Assembly: GCA_964016885.1 (NCBI GenBank) | Contig: OZ024740.1 | Coordinates: forward strand, 232,996,001 to 233,060,000 | DNA: 64,000 bases | Reading direction: 5' to 3' | From: Eledone cirrhosa | Lineage: Eukaryota | Shown here: in pieces, positions 27,330 to 42,204 of the stretch | Layout of the letters: every line of letters begins with the position of its first letter | Position numbering within the stretch: position 1 is the first letter of the stretch | Translations under genes and position numbers: made by a program | The notes under the pieces: generated by a model | Databases searched by the model: none | Seen by the model: only the letters and a program-made list of their open reading frames with translations | Told to the model about the DNA's origin: nothing

Positions 27330-27330
<1 letters not shown>
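26975..27330 (+). mobile_element. Non-autonomous Helitron 3' portion
   Basis: Ends CCCGAGCAACGCCGAG-CCATCCTG-CTAG followed by T at 27301-27331; internal ~75-bp duplication. Confidence 0.65.
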
Positions 27331-27377
<47 letters not shown>

Positions 27378-27824
27378 TTTACGTATCGAGAAGGAGGAAA
27401 AAAAGGGCGGATAGGTGATACATATAGTTATTTGCCAAGTAGCGTATGCCAAAGGTGCTCGATACTAGTGCCGGCAGTATTAAATATTCGAAGTGTTAAT
27501 ATTGCTGTTTTAAATAAACATGTTTTAACAGCCTATTCTCCGATGTTTTACTTTCCCACGTATATATATATATATATATGTAAGTATGCATGTATACGTA
27601 CATACATATATGTATACAGACGTACAGTAGCATGCACATATATATATATATATATATATACATATATATATGCATACAGTTACACATACATATATGCACG
27701 TATCAGTTTAGCGGCGCTTATTATAACGTCGCTTTGTTCGTTTGTAAACAAACTGAACAGCCTGAATTTATGCCATACGGTGTTAAGGCAACCACGTCAC
27801 CTTTTTGTTCAACACTGACACAGG

Positions 27825-27862
27825 AACGATGTACTAGTTTCAAGCTTGTTAGCTATCGTCAG
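27825..27862 (-). ncRNA. Hammerhead core with the stem I 5' strand lost at the inversion junction
   Basis: CTGACGA-tAGCT aaca AGCTt-GAAAC-TA-GTA-catcgtt. Confidence 0.6.
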
Positions 27863-28279
27863 TGTTGAACAAAAAGGTGACGTGGTTGCCTTAACACCGT
27901 ATGGCATAAATTCAGGCTGTTCAGTTTGTTTACAAACGAACAAAGCGACGTTATAATAAGCGCCGCTAAACTGATACGTGCATATATGTATGTGTACCTG
28001 TATGCATATGTATATATATATGTATATATATATATATATGTGCATGCTACTGTACGTCTGTATACATATATGTATGTACGTATACATGCATACTTACATT
28101 TAAGTAAGTGCCATACTAAGAGTGAGAAATGAAATTTCGTTTTCATTTTGTTTCAATTTATCGTTTTCGGTATGCCTGACCGATTTAACTCACTCAATAT
28201 GCAAATTAGGCTGCTCAGCCGTTAATTTTCATAAGGAAAGTATATACTTTCGAACGTTCAACTATCTGGCAGATGAGTA

Positions 28280-28324
28280 AACGGTGCTGATGATAGCTAA
28301 CAAGCTTGAAACTAGTACATCGTT
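28280..28324 (+). ncRNA. Complete minimal type I hammerhead ribozyme
   Basis: aacggtg-CTGATGA-tAGCT aaca AGCTt-GAAAC-TA-GTA-catcgtt; 7-bp stem I; predicted cleavage after 28317. Confidence 0.85.
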
Positions 28325-29059
28325 CCTGTGTCAGTGTTGAACAAAAAGGTGACGTGGTTGCCTTAACACCGTATGGCATAAATTCAGGCTGTTCAGTTTG
28401 TTTACAAACGAACAAAGCGACGTTATAATAAGCGCCGCTAAACTGATACGTGCATATATGTATGTGTACCTGTATGCATATGTATATATATATGTATATA
28501 TATATATATATATGTGCATGCTACTGTACGTCTGTATACATATATGTATGTACGTATACATGCATACTTACATTTAAGTAAGTGCCATACTAAGAGTGAG
28601 AAATGAAATTTCGTTTTCATTTTGTTTCAATTTATATATATATATATATAAGATCTTATTTTTCGATACCTAAAAAAAGGTGATTTTTATCTGCAGAATG
28701 ACCCCGGAATAAAAAAAACGGGTCTCTTGATGGAGGATATATGGGAGGGGTGGGTGGCTCTCGACCACTATGGCCCGGCCCTGATAGTATGTACGGTGGC
28801 TCTATTACTCCCCTGTGTGATCTTCTACCCGCACCTCGGACTCCTCCCATCGCGCTGTGCCACGTCAACATGGCCACATTTCTCACGATGGGCGTGAGTG
28901 AGAACAACTGCTACCTACGGAGCCGAAACCTCTAGCCGGCCCCACAGTGCACAAGCATGCAAACGGCGCACGCCCTGCACCCCTCTGTACCAATTCCACG
29001 GAGACTCGCTTGCACCATGAGGAGACCCGCGCATACCGACCTGGGTCCTGGAATCAACA

Positions 29060-29283
29060 GAATCGTCGTGGGTCTCGCAGCAGTAATGTGACGTGGTATA
29101 ATCCCTCTACTCCAGGAGCCTCAGAACAAACGTACCAGGCCTGTTCTTCCAGGCCCTGGACGTGTGGTTTCCACACTCGCGTAGATACTGTAGACTATTC
29201 AACCGGCACACAGTGAACTTCTCCTTCTCCACCATGCCCAACAATGCGGAGATCATTGCATCCATCAAACGTAAAAAGCTGTA
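29060..29283 (+). pseudogene. Neptune-type Penelope-like RT-endonuclease linker fragment
   Basis: With one frameshift: RRGSRSSNVTWYNP/YSRSLRTNVPGLFFQALDVWFP..RLFNRHTVNFSFSTMPN, matching the RKRNIIWFNPPYS..FNRNTVKISYSCMPN motif. Confidence 0.7.
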
Positions 29284-29699
29284 GCGATCAACTCTGGGTT
29301 TGAGATTCTCATTAATTTTATATTTCGAAGGTCCCATCTGTTCATCGATTTCGCAGGTGGACGCACCTCCGTGAGCTATCGACTCTGCCCTTCCACAATA
29401 GCCCCCGTTCTCGTCCCAGAGCACCAACACCCTTATTCTTGCATTTTGTGAGTGTATTTTTATGTTGTGTATATATGTATTTATTTGTAAGTGTGTATGT
29501 ATAGATATGTATGTGTGAGTGAGGATGTGTATGTATGTATGTATGTATGTATGTATGTATGTATGTATGTGTGTGTATGTATATGTGTGTACATGTACAA
29601 TTTTTACGTGTGAGAGAGTATGTGTGCGTAGATATTTTATGCACGTCTGTGTGTATGTGTCTGATCGTATATAGGAGGATATATTTCTTTATCTATTTA

Positions 29700-30451
29700 C
29701 TAACAGCATAATCCAGCGTTGCCTGGGTAGGTAAAATAATAACGGCTTTGATGAAAATGTGTTGATCTTAGCGACTGCTTCTCGATGACTCATCTATGGC
29801 CACACACAGGCCATGCGGGGGAGGGTGGTGATAACCTCTATCACTGAGAAACGCGGGTGACTGACGAAGGGGCATGCTAGGGGAGGGAGTTTAGAATTTG
29901 AACGAAATCGGTTGAAAAATGTGGCAGCTAGAGCCGAAAAGGTGGAAATTTGAGCGAAAAGGTGGTATTTTCGAATATTTAGGCGGCTGCCACGCCGTTC
30001 CTTAAACAAAAAATCCAAAATGTAAAGCCACTTTAAGACGTGAAATAATCAGATCTAGTAGATTGATTAATATGGAGCTAGAGCCGAAACAGTGGAAATT
30101 TGAGTCTAAAAGTGGTATTTTTGAATATTTAAGCGGCTGCCATGCCGTCCCTGAACAACAAATGCCATTACAGGATGTGCAATGATAAATTCTATTTTAC
30201 TTTAAAATTTGAACGAAATCGGTGGCAAAATGTGGGAGCTAGAACCAAAGATCTTATTTTTCGATACCTAAAAATGTTTATCTGCAGAATGACCGCGGAA
30301 TAAAAAAAACGATACGCTGATATATAGAAAACACTCCCCAATGACTAATCTATGAGCCTGTAAAGTTTCATGAAAATCGGTCGTAAAATGTAGACACCTA
30401 TATGTAATACACAGACACACACACACATACTTAATTTTCTATATATACAGA
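29700..30451 (-). mobile_element. Non-autonomous Helitron
   Basis: Minus strand starts TCTGTATATATAG and ends CCCAGGCAACGCTGG..TGTTAG; internal GAAATCGG/AAAGTTTCATGAAAATCGG repeats; partial copy at 28651-28720. Confidence 0.7.
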
Positions 30452-30539
30452 TATCCGATTTGTTTGTTTTTGTTTTTGTTTATAACGGTTTTTTCTTGTA
30501 ATGCTCGGGATAAATGCGTCCGTTGATCTAGGCCCATGA

Positions 30540-30680
30540 TTGGTCATTCTATATGCTAATACTATCTGTCGGTCTCAAAATGAAATAAAGTGTCTTGCTC
30601 AAGGACAAAACGCATCGCCCCGTCCGGGAATCGAAATCACAATCACGCGATTGCGAATTCAGTTCTCTAACCACGCGCCT
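30540..30680 (-). mobile_element. SINE family 2, partial
   Basis: AAGTGTCTTGCTCAAGGAC...GGAATCGAA...TAACCAC. Confidence 0.75.
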
Positions 30681-30688
30681 ATAGATAC

Positions 30689-30724
<36 letters not shown>

Positions 30725-30745
30725 GCACACACGCACGCACATACA

Positions 30746-30783
<38 letters not shown>

Positions 30784-31099
30784 ATATATATATATACATA
30801 CCAATTATATCTGTATATATATATATATATATATACAGATATAATAGGTATGTATTATATTACACATAATGTACTTTATCGACACATGAGGGTTCAACAG
30901 TTTTCTCAGTCCATTTTGTATGGCTACGCTTTAAATGAAACGTTACTCCAGCGGCTGATTCAGGCATCAAGTCGCATTTAGTGCAGAAAGTAAGATTTTG
31001 AGGTGAGCAGGATGGAATGTTTGATCGGATTTTGTTTTTAAATTTTTGATCATGAAGATGAACCAGACTAGATTTTCAAAGATCTTCATACTTTCATAG

Positions 31100-32320
31100 C
31101 AGACAGTTCTTCATTTTCCACGGTCACTAGAGAGGACTTCAAAAGAAGTAAGGAGTGTGTACACAGATGTAAGATAGTATGTCAGTTTGTCTTTATAACT
31201 GAGTAAAGGTCTGCCTACATAACGTGCACCATTTTGAAGTTGACATTACATTTTGTTGCGCGGTCCTCTATCATCTATATGACCTGACCAGCCCATCTGA
31301 GTTGGGAGTGCATCATAATTGACTCAATCCCACCAATATTGCAGCTTGTGAACAGATCGGCATCGGAGATAGAGCGACGACGATGTTTGTGGACGACATC
31401 AAGCTTATGAACGTGGGTGCGATAAAGTGTATATGAGCCATATAAAATAATTCTCAGTACACTTTCACGATAAACTTCAACTTTCGTTTTCAGAGATATA
31501 CCGCTGACAACCCATAGATGATGATATAATTTTCCAATGGCGATAGTTGCTTTAGAGACGCGATTGAGGATCTCTACTTCCAGGGATGCAGAAGCGCTGC
31601 ACCTTGCTGCAAAAGTAAGTAAAGAAGTTCACATATTTGAGATCTTTCCCATTAACAGTAATGGGAACATGAAGGATCCTCGTGCTCTGGCTGTGCTTTC
31701 CCAGCACCCATGTGTCTAGGAGTGGTTGGCCTTGGGTAATGTATCACCTCAGTCTTTATAGTGCAGATTGTTAACCAAATGCCTTTTCAGAAAGTGAGAA
31801 GTGGTTCATCAATTCTTGTGCCTCTTCGAGGGATGTCGAAACAAGAGCATCATCATCAGTAAACAGTAAATCATGAATAACACTTCTTCGTGTAAGTATT
31901 TTAGCCTTAAAGCGTTGATGGTTCAATTACCTATCTGACGTACGTAATTCAAATCTCACACCAGTGTCTAAGCCGTCAAATTCATACTTGAGCTTTACAG
32001 AGAAAACAAAGTAAAGAGGACAAGAGCTATGACACAACCCTGCTTCTTACTATTGTGACACCAAAGGGCTCAGAGCATTCGCCATTTGACATATGTGATG
32101 CTTTCATGACCTCATAAATAGACATTATAACAGGTACCCTATTGTCAGGTATGCCAAGCTTTTTGAGGATTTCCCAGAGCTTTGTGATTCATAGTATTAA
32201 AGGCTTTGGTCAATTCTTCATAGGCCATAAACAGTTTCTGGTTCTTTTCAACAAGGGTTAAAAACATGTCAATAGTTCCCCGACTTGTGCGAAAACCACA
32301 TTGGTTTTCAGGGTAGATAT
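31100..32320 (-). pseudogene. Degenerate RTE (BovB-like) reverse transcriptase
   Basis: Minus-strand peptides QCGFRTSRGTIDM, LTKAFN, KQGCV, DLLFTDD, KTKVEVYR..LYG and SQLRWAG. Confidence 0.8.
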
Positions 32321-32444
32321 AAAGATATCTACAATAAGACTAAATATTTTAGCTTTAAGGTAGCTTGGATGTCATTTGCATCTAGCTGTGCGCTAATAGC
32401 TTTAGGATACAACGTGTTTTCTAGTCAAATTATACGTTATGGTA

Positions 32445-32691
32445 CGTTGGGGTGGAGGAAAAGTTGTGGAGGCCAACTGAAAACGTGGCTTAGGACAGTG
32501 AGGCAAGACACTGAGATGATCTTAGGCCCACGCCTGTGTGGGGTTCGGCAATAGAACCGCGATTGGCTGACACTCATATCTTCGATAGCATCGGGCCGTC
32601 GTGCTTGGTCGGCCATCATTCAGGATACGGTAAATTCGTTGGACGGAACCGGCTCAACTGACCCAGGGTGAATGCCGTCACGCAGGCACGC
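32445..32691 (+). mobile_element. 5'-truncated RTE-clade LINE 3' end with TSD
   Basis: GWRKSCGGQLKTWLRTVRQD..WSAII..VN; ends CCCAGGGTGAATGCCGTCAC; 11-bp TSD ACGTTATGGTA at 32434-32444 and 32692-32702. Confidence 0.8.
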
Positions 32692-33154
32692 ACGTTATGG
32701 TAGTATAAGTAGCCAGATGAATGTTTTCACAGAGGTAGTAAACAAAAACGTTTAAAACATATGGTAGGACAGGCATACAAAGAAACTTTCTGGAACGACA
32801 TGTTCATCGGTGCCTTGGCGCTGAAAGTAAGATAATGGAAAAATTTAGTGTTATGTCAAGTTTGCAGAAAAAAGGGGCTTGTTCGTCTATTAATTTGACC
32901 GATATTTCACCGAAATGCCATATGGAGTTAGTGATTCCTTCTATGTTTGTTTATTCCGTTTCTCTGTGCTGGCCATGAAAGATGATCACATACTTCAGAA
33001 CGGTCAAGAAAGGTAAGTCTGGATTTCGTTAGTTAATTTTGCAACTCTCTGTTTGCGTGGGTGATCTTATTTATACACGTAGGTTTGTGCATATATGATT
33101 TTATTTTAAATATGTTTGGCATTCCTGTGTGTATATCAATTTATTTCTATGTAA

Positions 33155-33326
33155 ATAATTATTTCTACTTTTGGCACAAGGCCAATTATCCCAGTGCATT
33201 ACTGGTACTTTATTTTATCGACCCCGTAAGGATGAAAGGCAAAGTTAACCTCGGCGGGATTTGAACTCAGATCATAAAGGGCCGTAACTCTATGCTGCAA
33301 AGCATAGCGTCCGACCCTCTACCGAT
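33155..33326 (-). mobile_element. SINE family 1
   Basis: Consensus match; TATGTAAA-like TSD. Confidence 0.9.
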
Positions 33327-34875
33327 TTGTATGTAAACAATGACATTGAGGTTTATAAACTTTTGTCTCGGCCTTTGGTTATCGTATTTTTTTTTATCTC
33401 GTATTTGTGTTTTTCATCTTGGGTTACACAGTATCAAGGACATGATACAATATATTTTTTCCCTTACAGAGCCCTACCAAACGAATAAATACCACGCACA
33501 CTAGCTAAATCACAACAAACAAAATGAATAAAATTAAATTCAAATGCATCCCACTATCAAGAGGTCAAAGAGGTCAAATTTCATTAGGTTAAAGTCAACC
33601 TTAATGTCTGATTCCTGTCGAGTTGTGGGTACCAAAAATGACAGTACCATGCATTCTGTAGTGCAATTAACACAATGCTAGCACCAAAATTCTTTAGTGA
33701 TTAAAATCTCATATACAGGAAACGACATACACGTATGTATGTATGTATGTATGTATGTATGTATGTATGTATGTATGTATGTATGTATGTATGTATGTAT
33801 GTACGTATGTATGTACGTATGTATGTATGTATGTATGTATGTATGTATGTATGTATGTATGTATGTATGTATGTATGTATCAATGTATGTATACGTGTGT
33901 AGGGGTGTGTGTTTATGTGTAATTATGTAGCGGTCCGGCAAAAGGATATCGATAACATAACATACGAAACAAATACTGTAATCTTGAATATGGCACCGTT
34001 GCATGGCCGCAGTCCAATAACTGAAACCAGTAAAAGAATAAAAGAACATAAGAATGACACCGGGTCTATAATATTCTCGGACATTTATCTGTTATGTGAG
34101 TGTAAATTTTGTCACGAATTAAGTATTGGGAGCATTCTGAATGGAAAGTTTTCAGAGGACATTTTCACCTTGCAACTAATAGTTGATGGCAATGTGTGGT
34201 ATGAGGAATCACAGTAACCAGTGGCTGTGTGGCAATTCTGAAATGGACAAGTTTTATATCATGTTCCAGCTCACAGTCAAACTCAGTTTTATTTATGAGT
34301 AAAGATTAAGGGTCTGACAATAGTCATGATTGATGATTCTCTTTAATTTTCATGGAAAATGTTTTCTTATTTTCCGATTCATCTTATGAGTTAGAGGTTT
34401 GCCTGTTTCTGACAAAGAACAAAATACATTAGAAAGAGAGATAATCTTCCATCATTGTTTTACAACATGGGAAACGAGATGTGATACGAACTCACCAATC
34501 TACTCCCTATGTATTTTCTCTTTGCCATTGTGCCATTATATCTCCTCAATGGAGTAAGTACGTACTTGAAATTTTTACACTTGATCTCACTATATACTTT
34601 CCTCGTCGCGCACCACAACTCCCTACCGCTCCCTTCGTTGCTGACAGTCATATTTATTACCCTTACACACATTCTTATTGCATATTTGTTGTTGTTGTTC
34701 TTGTTGTTGTTCTTGTTGTTGTTCTTTTTTCTTTTAGTTGTAGTTGCTCTCCTTCCTGTTGGGGATTATGATCGTGATGACGACAACAATGATGGTGATA
34801 ATAATAATGATGATGGTGATTATGATGAAGATTATGTTGAAGATGATAATAATCATAACCCGATGGTGCTGCTAC

Positions 34876-34906
<31 letters not shown>

Positions 34907-37606
34907 AGTAATTACCATGGTGATGATGTTAGTACAACTACTGCTGCCCATGATGCTTATTTAGGATGTTGTTATCGTCAATTCTGATTATCAAAATCCG
35001 AAATCGCCTTTTAAGAATGTTCCTTATCACTGAATATAATTCACTACAGGCTGTGTCTCTACGTCTCTCCTCCCAACGTATACTTCTATGACACCACCAC
35101 TACCACTAGAACACCACCCCTATCGCCATGACACGAGCATTCCCACCATGACACTACTACTACGATGACGAACCCTATGGCAGACCTACTACAGTCCCGA
35201 CACTACAACCAACGCCTGGCACCCATACTCCCATCATGGCACCACACCGCCGCCGAGTAGCACAAACTCTAGTACTATGACACCACCACCATATGGTACA
35301 CCTAGTATCATTATGACATCCCCAATGCCGCCATATCGTGTCCCTAATACCATAACGCCATCATCATCGCTGACACTAATACTATCATAACATCACTAGA
35401 ACGACTGCATCTAGGTTACAACTATGACTCTATCGCTTCCACTACACAATTATGACAGCGGCACCAATGTTAACAACATAGCTGGCTGCTATACCACAAT
35501 TACCACAACGATGACCATGAATAAATGGTTCACATTCTATTACCACTACATTTACTACAACTATTCACACCATTACAAAGGCTAACATCCAGATTAAAGT
35601 TAGCATTGCTATAGGGACTGACACCACCACAACCGCCCCATTCTCCCCTACCAATAACAACAACAATAACCAAATGAGTCATTACAGGGCCGTTTCATCT
35701 GCTAGAAATAGCTACCAAATTTCCTTCTAACACTACTGATTTATAAAACTTAAGGCGCGTTGTATAATCTAATTTTAGATATGCTATTTGAAATATAGTC
35801 GGCATGGTTATGATTGGAACGCATTTGAAAATGAATTTGATCGATTCTTGTTAACCAGGTGTTTAATAATGACAATATCGACAATAGTAAAATATCATTC
35901 AGTCCAATACATCCAGTGTTAATCAAACACACATACATTCCAATCATTTCATACATATATGCACTAAAAGAGTAACACCTAATAACGAATGTACAGAGCC
36001 ACACAAACACGTACATACAGGCCCATACATATATATATATATATAAACATACATTACAACCTAGTTCTTTTCACATAAATCCAGTGTTCAACGGAAACCA
36101 ATTCGCTGCGATTCACTCGAAACAGTTCTTGAAATGATCTTATGACAGGTAATTTTGCCGTCGCTGTAATAACTTTTTATATATTTTTCAATGAACATTT
36201 TCGTTGTAAGAATGTTTACCGTTAGATATCTTTATCGTGATATCAAAAAAACAAAAAAAACAACAAAGGTGCCATGTGTTAACTTATAGTTTAATTCGTA
36301 ATCAGCTTGTTAGAAACAAAGTACGGTTCTTATCATATTAGAAGAAAAATAACACGAGTTAATCAATGACTGATTTTAAATCTTCATTTACTGCAGAATC
36401 CTTTACGTTTTCCTTTTTTTTCTAATTCGACAATCAAGATATTTTGTCTTTAACACACATGCTAAGAACTCAACTGCAAGCTCAAGCAAGTCCAGTATAT
36501 TTACTTTTTAATTTTATGGCAAGAATAAATTATGACGCGAATATATTACGGATTTTTTTTTATATGCAAGGAAAATGTTCACGGCAAAATTCTTATAACT
36601 ATTAACCTTCTGCGGGACACTGGGAAATCAGTTTGCTCTTTAATGATTTGAAAAGGAGGAGTGGTGAAATGTAGCTGTGCACATGGGAATGCTTGCATAT
36701 GTTCCGGCACAATCTTCAACCGCTTCAGCTTTTATCTGTTGTGTACCTCTAACTATATGTGCGATATTTTTTAGGTATAATTCCTTTTCACTTTCTTATT
36801 CACAATCTTATCCACCTCACACAGTAAAATAATCTGTAATTATAGCTATATATTGCTGTGGCTCTTTGCGATACTTGTCCTACCCATTTTCCTGTCCAAT
36901 GTTATCAACTTTACTACCTCAAACATTTGACGTAGTTGCATCTCAATACTTAAGGTATTTGTATCGGCCTTCTATGTACATATGTAAGACAAAATCGACT
37001 CAGGCTGAATATCTGAAAACAAACGATAAAATATTATTAGGCATTTGTCTACTGCTCCATCGATTTTCCATTATATATAATTATATATGTGTGTGTGTAT
37101 GTGTGCGTATACATATATATATATATATATATGATGTATATATATAAAGTGGGTATGTATGTTTACAAAACCATAAAATGCACGTGGGTTAGATTACGAA
37201 GTTAACATGTCGGAAGGGAATTGAGGTGGTTGAGGTAGAAAGCAAAAGTGGGAGAAGGTAATTGAAAGAAAAAGAAGAATTAGTGAAAGTTATGTTAGCA
37301 ATTTATTGGTCCGAAAATAAGGTTGGCAGGCTTCGGAGATTTCCTTCCTAGTAGCTTTTTGTTTCTCCGAAGTCGCCCGCACGGAACACCGCTTGATAAT
37401 AGATAGGTACTCTCATATGCTGCGCGTCATTTCCTACCTTTTAAATAGTGACAAAACCTCATAACAAAGTGAAGTATATGAAAGAGAAAAGAAAACAAAT
37501 TATTAAAATGACTTTAAATAAATGATTATAAGAAAATAGTAAAATGTGGAAATACGTTGAGTTGGTCTCTACTATATGTAATCAATATGATTTTTTATTC
37601 TTTAAA

Positions 37607-37784
37607 ATAATTGTTTCTAATTTAGGCACAAGGCCAGCAAATACCCAGTGCATTACTGGTACTTTATTTTATCGACCTCGTAAGGATGAAAGGTAAAGTC
37701 AACCTCGGTGGGATTTGAACTCAGATCGTAAAGGGACTTAACTATGCTGGAAAGCATTGTGTCCGACCCTCTACCGATACTGCC
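37607..37784 (-). mobile_element. SINE family 1
   Basis: Consensus match. Confidence 0.9.
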
Positions 37785-38096
37785 ATGCTATAGTACAATT
37801 GAAAGACAGGGTAAGTTTGGCTGTCTCAAGTTACAAAGAAAATAATCCATACCTGAAAATTGAGAAAAGAGATATGAAATATGATAGCAACAATTCATTG
37901 AGCTGAGGATTTTGTGCAAAAATTATGTTCAGAATGTGAAACATCAACATTTTTATCAAATTATATTGAAATTTGAATTTTAGAATAATGTTACAATTTT
38001 AGACTGATCATAAAGACTGTTGAGACTTTTCGTTACATATACTACTAGTATTACTATCATTATAATAAAGAGATACTATAAAGAGATTATAATAAA

Positions 38097-38285
38097 GGGC
38101 GGTGGATTGGCAGTATCGGTAGAGGGTCGTACGCCATGCCTTGACGCATAGAGTTACTGTCCTTGCCATTCTGTGTTCAAATTCCACCGAGGTTAACTTG
38201 GCCTTTCATCCTTACAGGGTCGATAAAATAAAGTACCAGTAATGCACTGGTAATTGCTGGCCTTGTGCCAAACGTAGAAACAATT
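38097..38285 (+). mobile_element. SINE family 1
   Basis: Consensus match; TAATAAAGAGATACTATAAAG repeated in both flanks. Confidence 0.9.
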
Positions 38286-39343
38286 TTAATAAAGAGATAC
38301 TATAAAGATGAGGCTAAAGGACTTTGCTATTATTAGGTTACAAATACATGTGCCTAGTTCCAATCTATCTTAGAGGGAATGTATATATTCAGGAATAAAT
38401 ATAACCACTAATAACGTTGGTTTTAAATGTTTTGTTGATTCTTCTGTTGCTTAGTTTCAAGTAATTCTTGATCAAGTACGTCTATCAGTAGAGCTATTTC
38501 AGTTGTGGTCAACTAGTGTTTTATTCAGAAATTCCATTTGTCTTATTCAAATAGCCATTTTAATCTTAACGTAATTATTCGACGTGTTTTTGTTAACAGT
38601 CGGATGAGATGTGAGGGAAAATATAGGACTGTTATTTCTGTAGATCGAGGAACCACGTAGAGGCTCTCCATTTCACCCGAACGCTTTGCTGATTATCTTG
38701 GCGTTTTTATACCCATGAATACAATTTATTCTTCATTTCATATATTTCGTATTTTTTGCTCTTTAATATTATCGCTGTTATTTACTCTACAGCTTCTGTT
38801 TTTATTGTTCCCATAATTATTTATAATTGTGAATTACTTTTGCTATTATGCGTTTTTTTCTATCAAGAATATATTAGTGAATTGAGTGTTGCTTTTGTTT
38901 TTTTTGTTTCTTTTTTCTCTTTTCTAATATTTTCCCACTCAAGGATCTCACGTAGTTTATACTTCTTTCAAGAACGGGAGGGTAGTTTCTTTCTTTCCTT
39001 CTGACACCGGTTTCCTCAATTGTTCAGACGGTACGTTTTTTTTTTTTTTTTTTTTTTTTTTTCCAGTTAAGACATTTAATGTGATTTAGGTTTTGAAAGT
39101 AGTATTTCTAAAATTTCTTTTTTGTTTGTTTATGACGCTATTTCTCTCATTCACTCACCCTCATCTATCATAGAACTATTCTTCAGTAATGTATCGCCAC
39201 AACACACACAAAAAAGAAGAAATGTAAAAAATAACTTGGCATATTACAAACTATTTAATGCGATTTTTTAAAAATATATAAATAGTAACGTTTGAAAAAA
39301 GTGACAGTGGGTTCCTGTGAAATTACGTACATAAGCACACATC

Positions 39344-39485
<142 letters not shown>

Positions 39486-39614
39486 ATATATATATATATT
39501 TATATATATATGTATATATGTGTGTATATATATATGTGTGTGTATATATATATATATATATATAAAATAAAATAAATAAATAAGTCAAATGTTTAAAATT
39601 TGGCTTCGTTTATT

Positions 39615-39669
39615 ACTGCTATATATATTTCGGTGACAGCCATCTTTGGCTGTGACCTCCTCAGGCAGT
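39615..39669 (-). ncRNA. Complete type I hammerhead ribozyme (family D)
   Basis: actgc-CTGAGGA-ggtcACAGCCA aaga TGGCTGTcacc-GAAA-tatata-TA-gcagt; host element 39580-39797 is homologous to 18090-18310. Confidence 0.85.
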
Positions 39670-39799
39670 CCGAATTAGTGTGGTAGAGACGAGTACACAT
39701 GTTGTTGAGGTGTTTAACTTTTTCAATACTCTGATATGCCCAGTTCCTGATTGGGTTGTTATTTCACTGAGGAACTAGAAACATGTGATTCCAGTTCTA

Positions 39800-39846
<47 letters not shown>

Positions 39847-39850
39847 GCGC

Positions 39851-39889
<39 letters not shown>

Positions 39890-40231
39890 AAGGGTTGACG
39901 GACCCAGCATATTTATCAATGCCAGTACCGGTTGTATCTCAGCGCACACAAAGGGCAATGTAAGATACATTACCAGAATTACCAGAGTATACACATAGTT
40001 ATTTGCCTCAACACAACACACGTAAAACGCCTGCCTATAAGGTTCCCGGACTCGAGTTTCTGCCGCACTAATGCAGCAGTAAGGTGCACTGCACCATCTG
40101 TCTGCATATATTATGCAACAATGCACAATCGGCTGATGCGGCTTCATCAGCACGTATCGCCTAATCAATAACCAATCGATCGACATAATCCAAACACCAG
40201 CCCGTGCCGGTCATGATCGTTTGTGACAACC

Positions 40232-41833
<1,602 letters not shown>

Positions 41834-41986
41834 GATAGATAGATATACTATATATATGTATCAGAGATATTTAATTTGTTGTAAATCCAACAAATATAGA
41901 TGTTGACAACTGATTCAAAGCAGGGATAACTTGAACCGTTAACGTATATCATCCTTGGTCATGTCAAATATTTATAAAACATTTTG

Positions 41987-42050
41987 TATTTTATCTGATG
42001 ATAGCGTACCACTATTTTTTGGTACCCTTTGAAATATATATAATAGAATA
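41987..42050 (+). ncRNA. Complete type I hammerhead ribozyme (family F)
   Basis: tattttat-CTGATGA-tagcGTACCA..TGGTACccttt-GAAA-tatata-TA-atagaata. Confidence 0.75.
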
Positions 42051-42135
42051 AATATGGTTTATAAATATAGTTTCCATTTATTTAATATCAATTATATGAT
42101 AGATATATATAATACATATATATATGTGTGTTTGA

Positions 42136-42199
<64 letters not shown>

Positions 42200-42204
<5 letters not shown>

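Larger units (their letters stand above)
27578..28635 (+). mobile_element. Hammerhead-bearing retrozyme/PLE-pLTR-like element: inverted arm plus 472-nt tandem unit (family B)
   Basis: Arms 27578-27819 and 27858-28099; direct repeat offset 472 (27859 vs 28331). Confidence 0.75.

Noticed and set aside
35085-35680. ACC/ACT-rich mucin-like stretch
   Set aside because: Decayed trinucleotide repeat; no qualifying ORF is listed for it and the frame I read is stopped.
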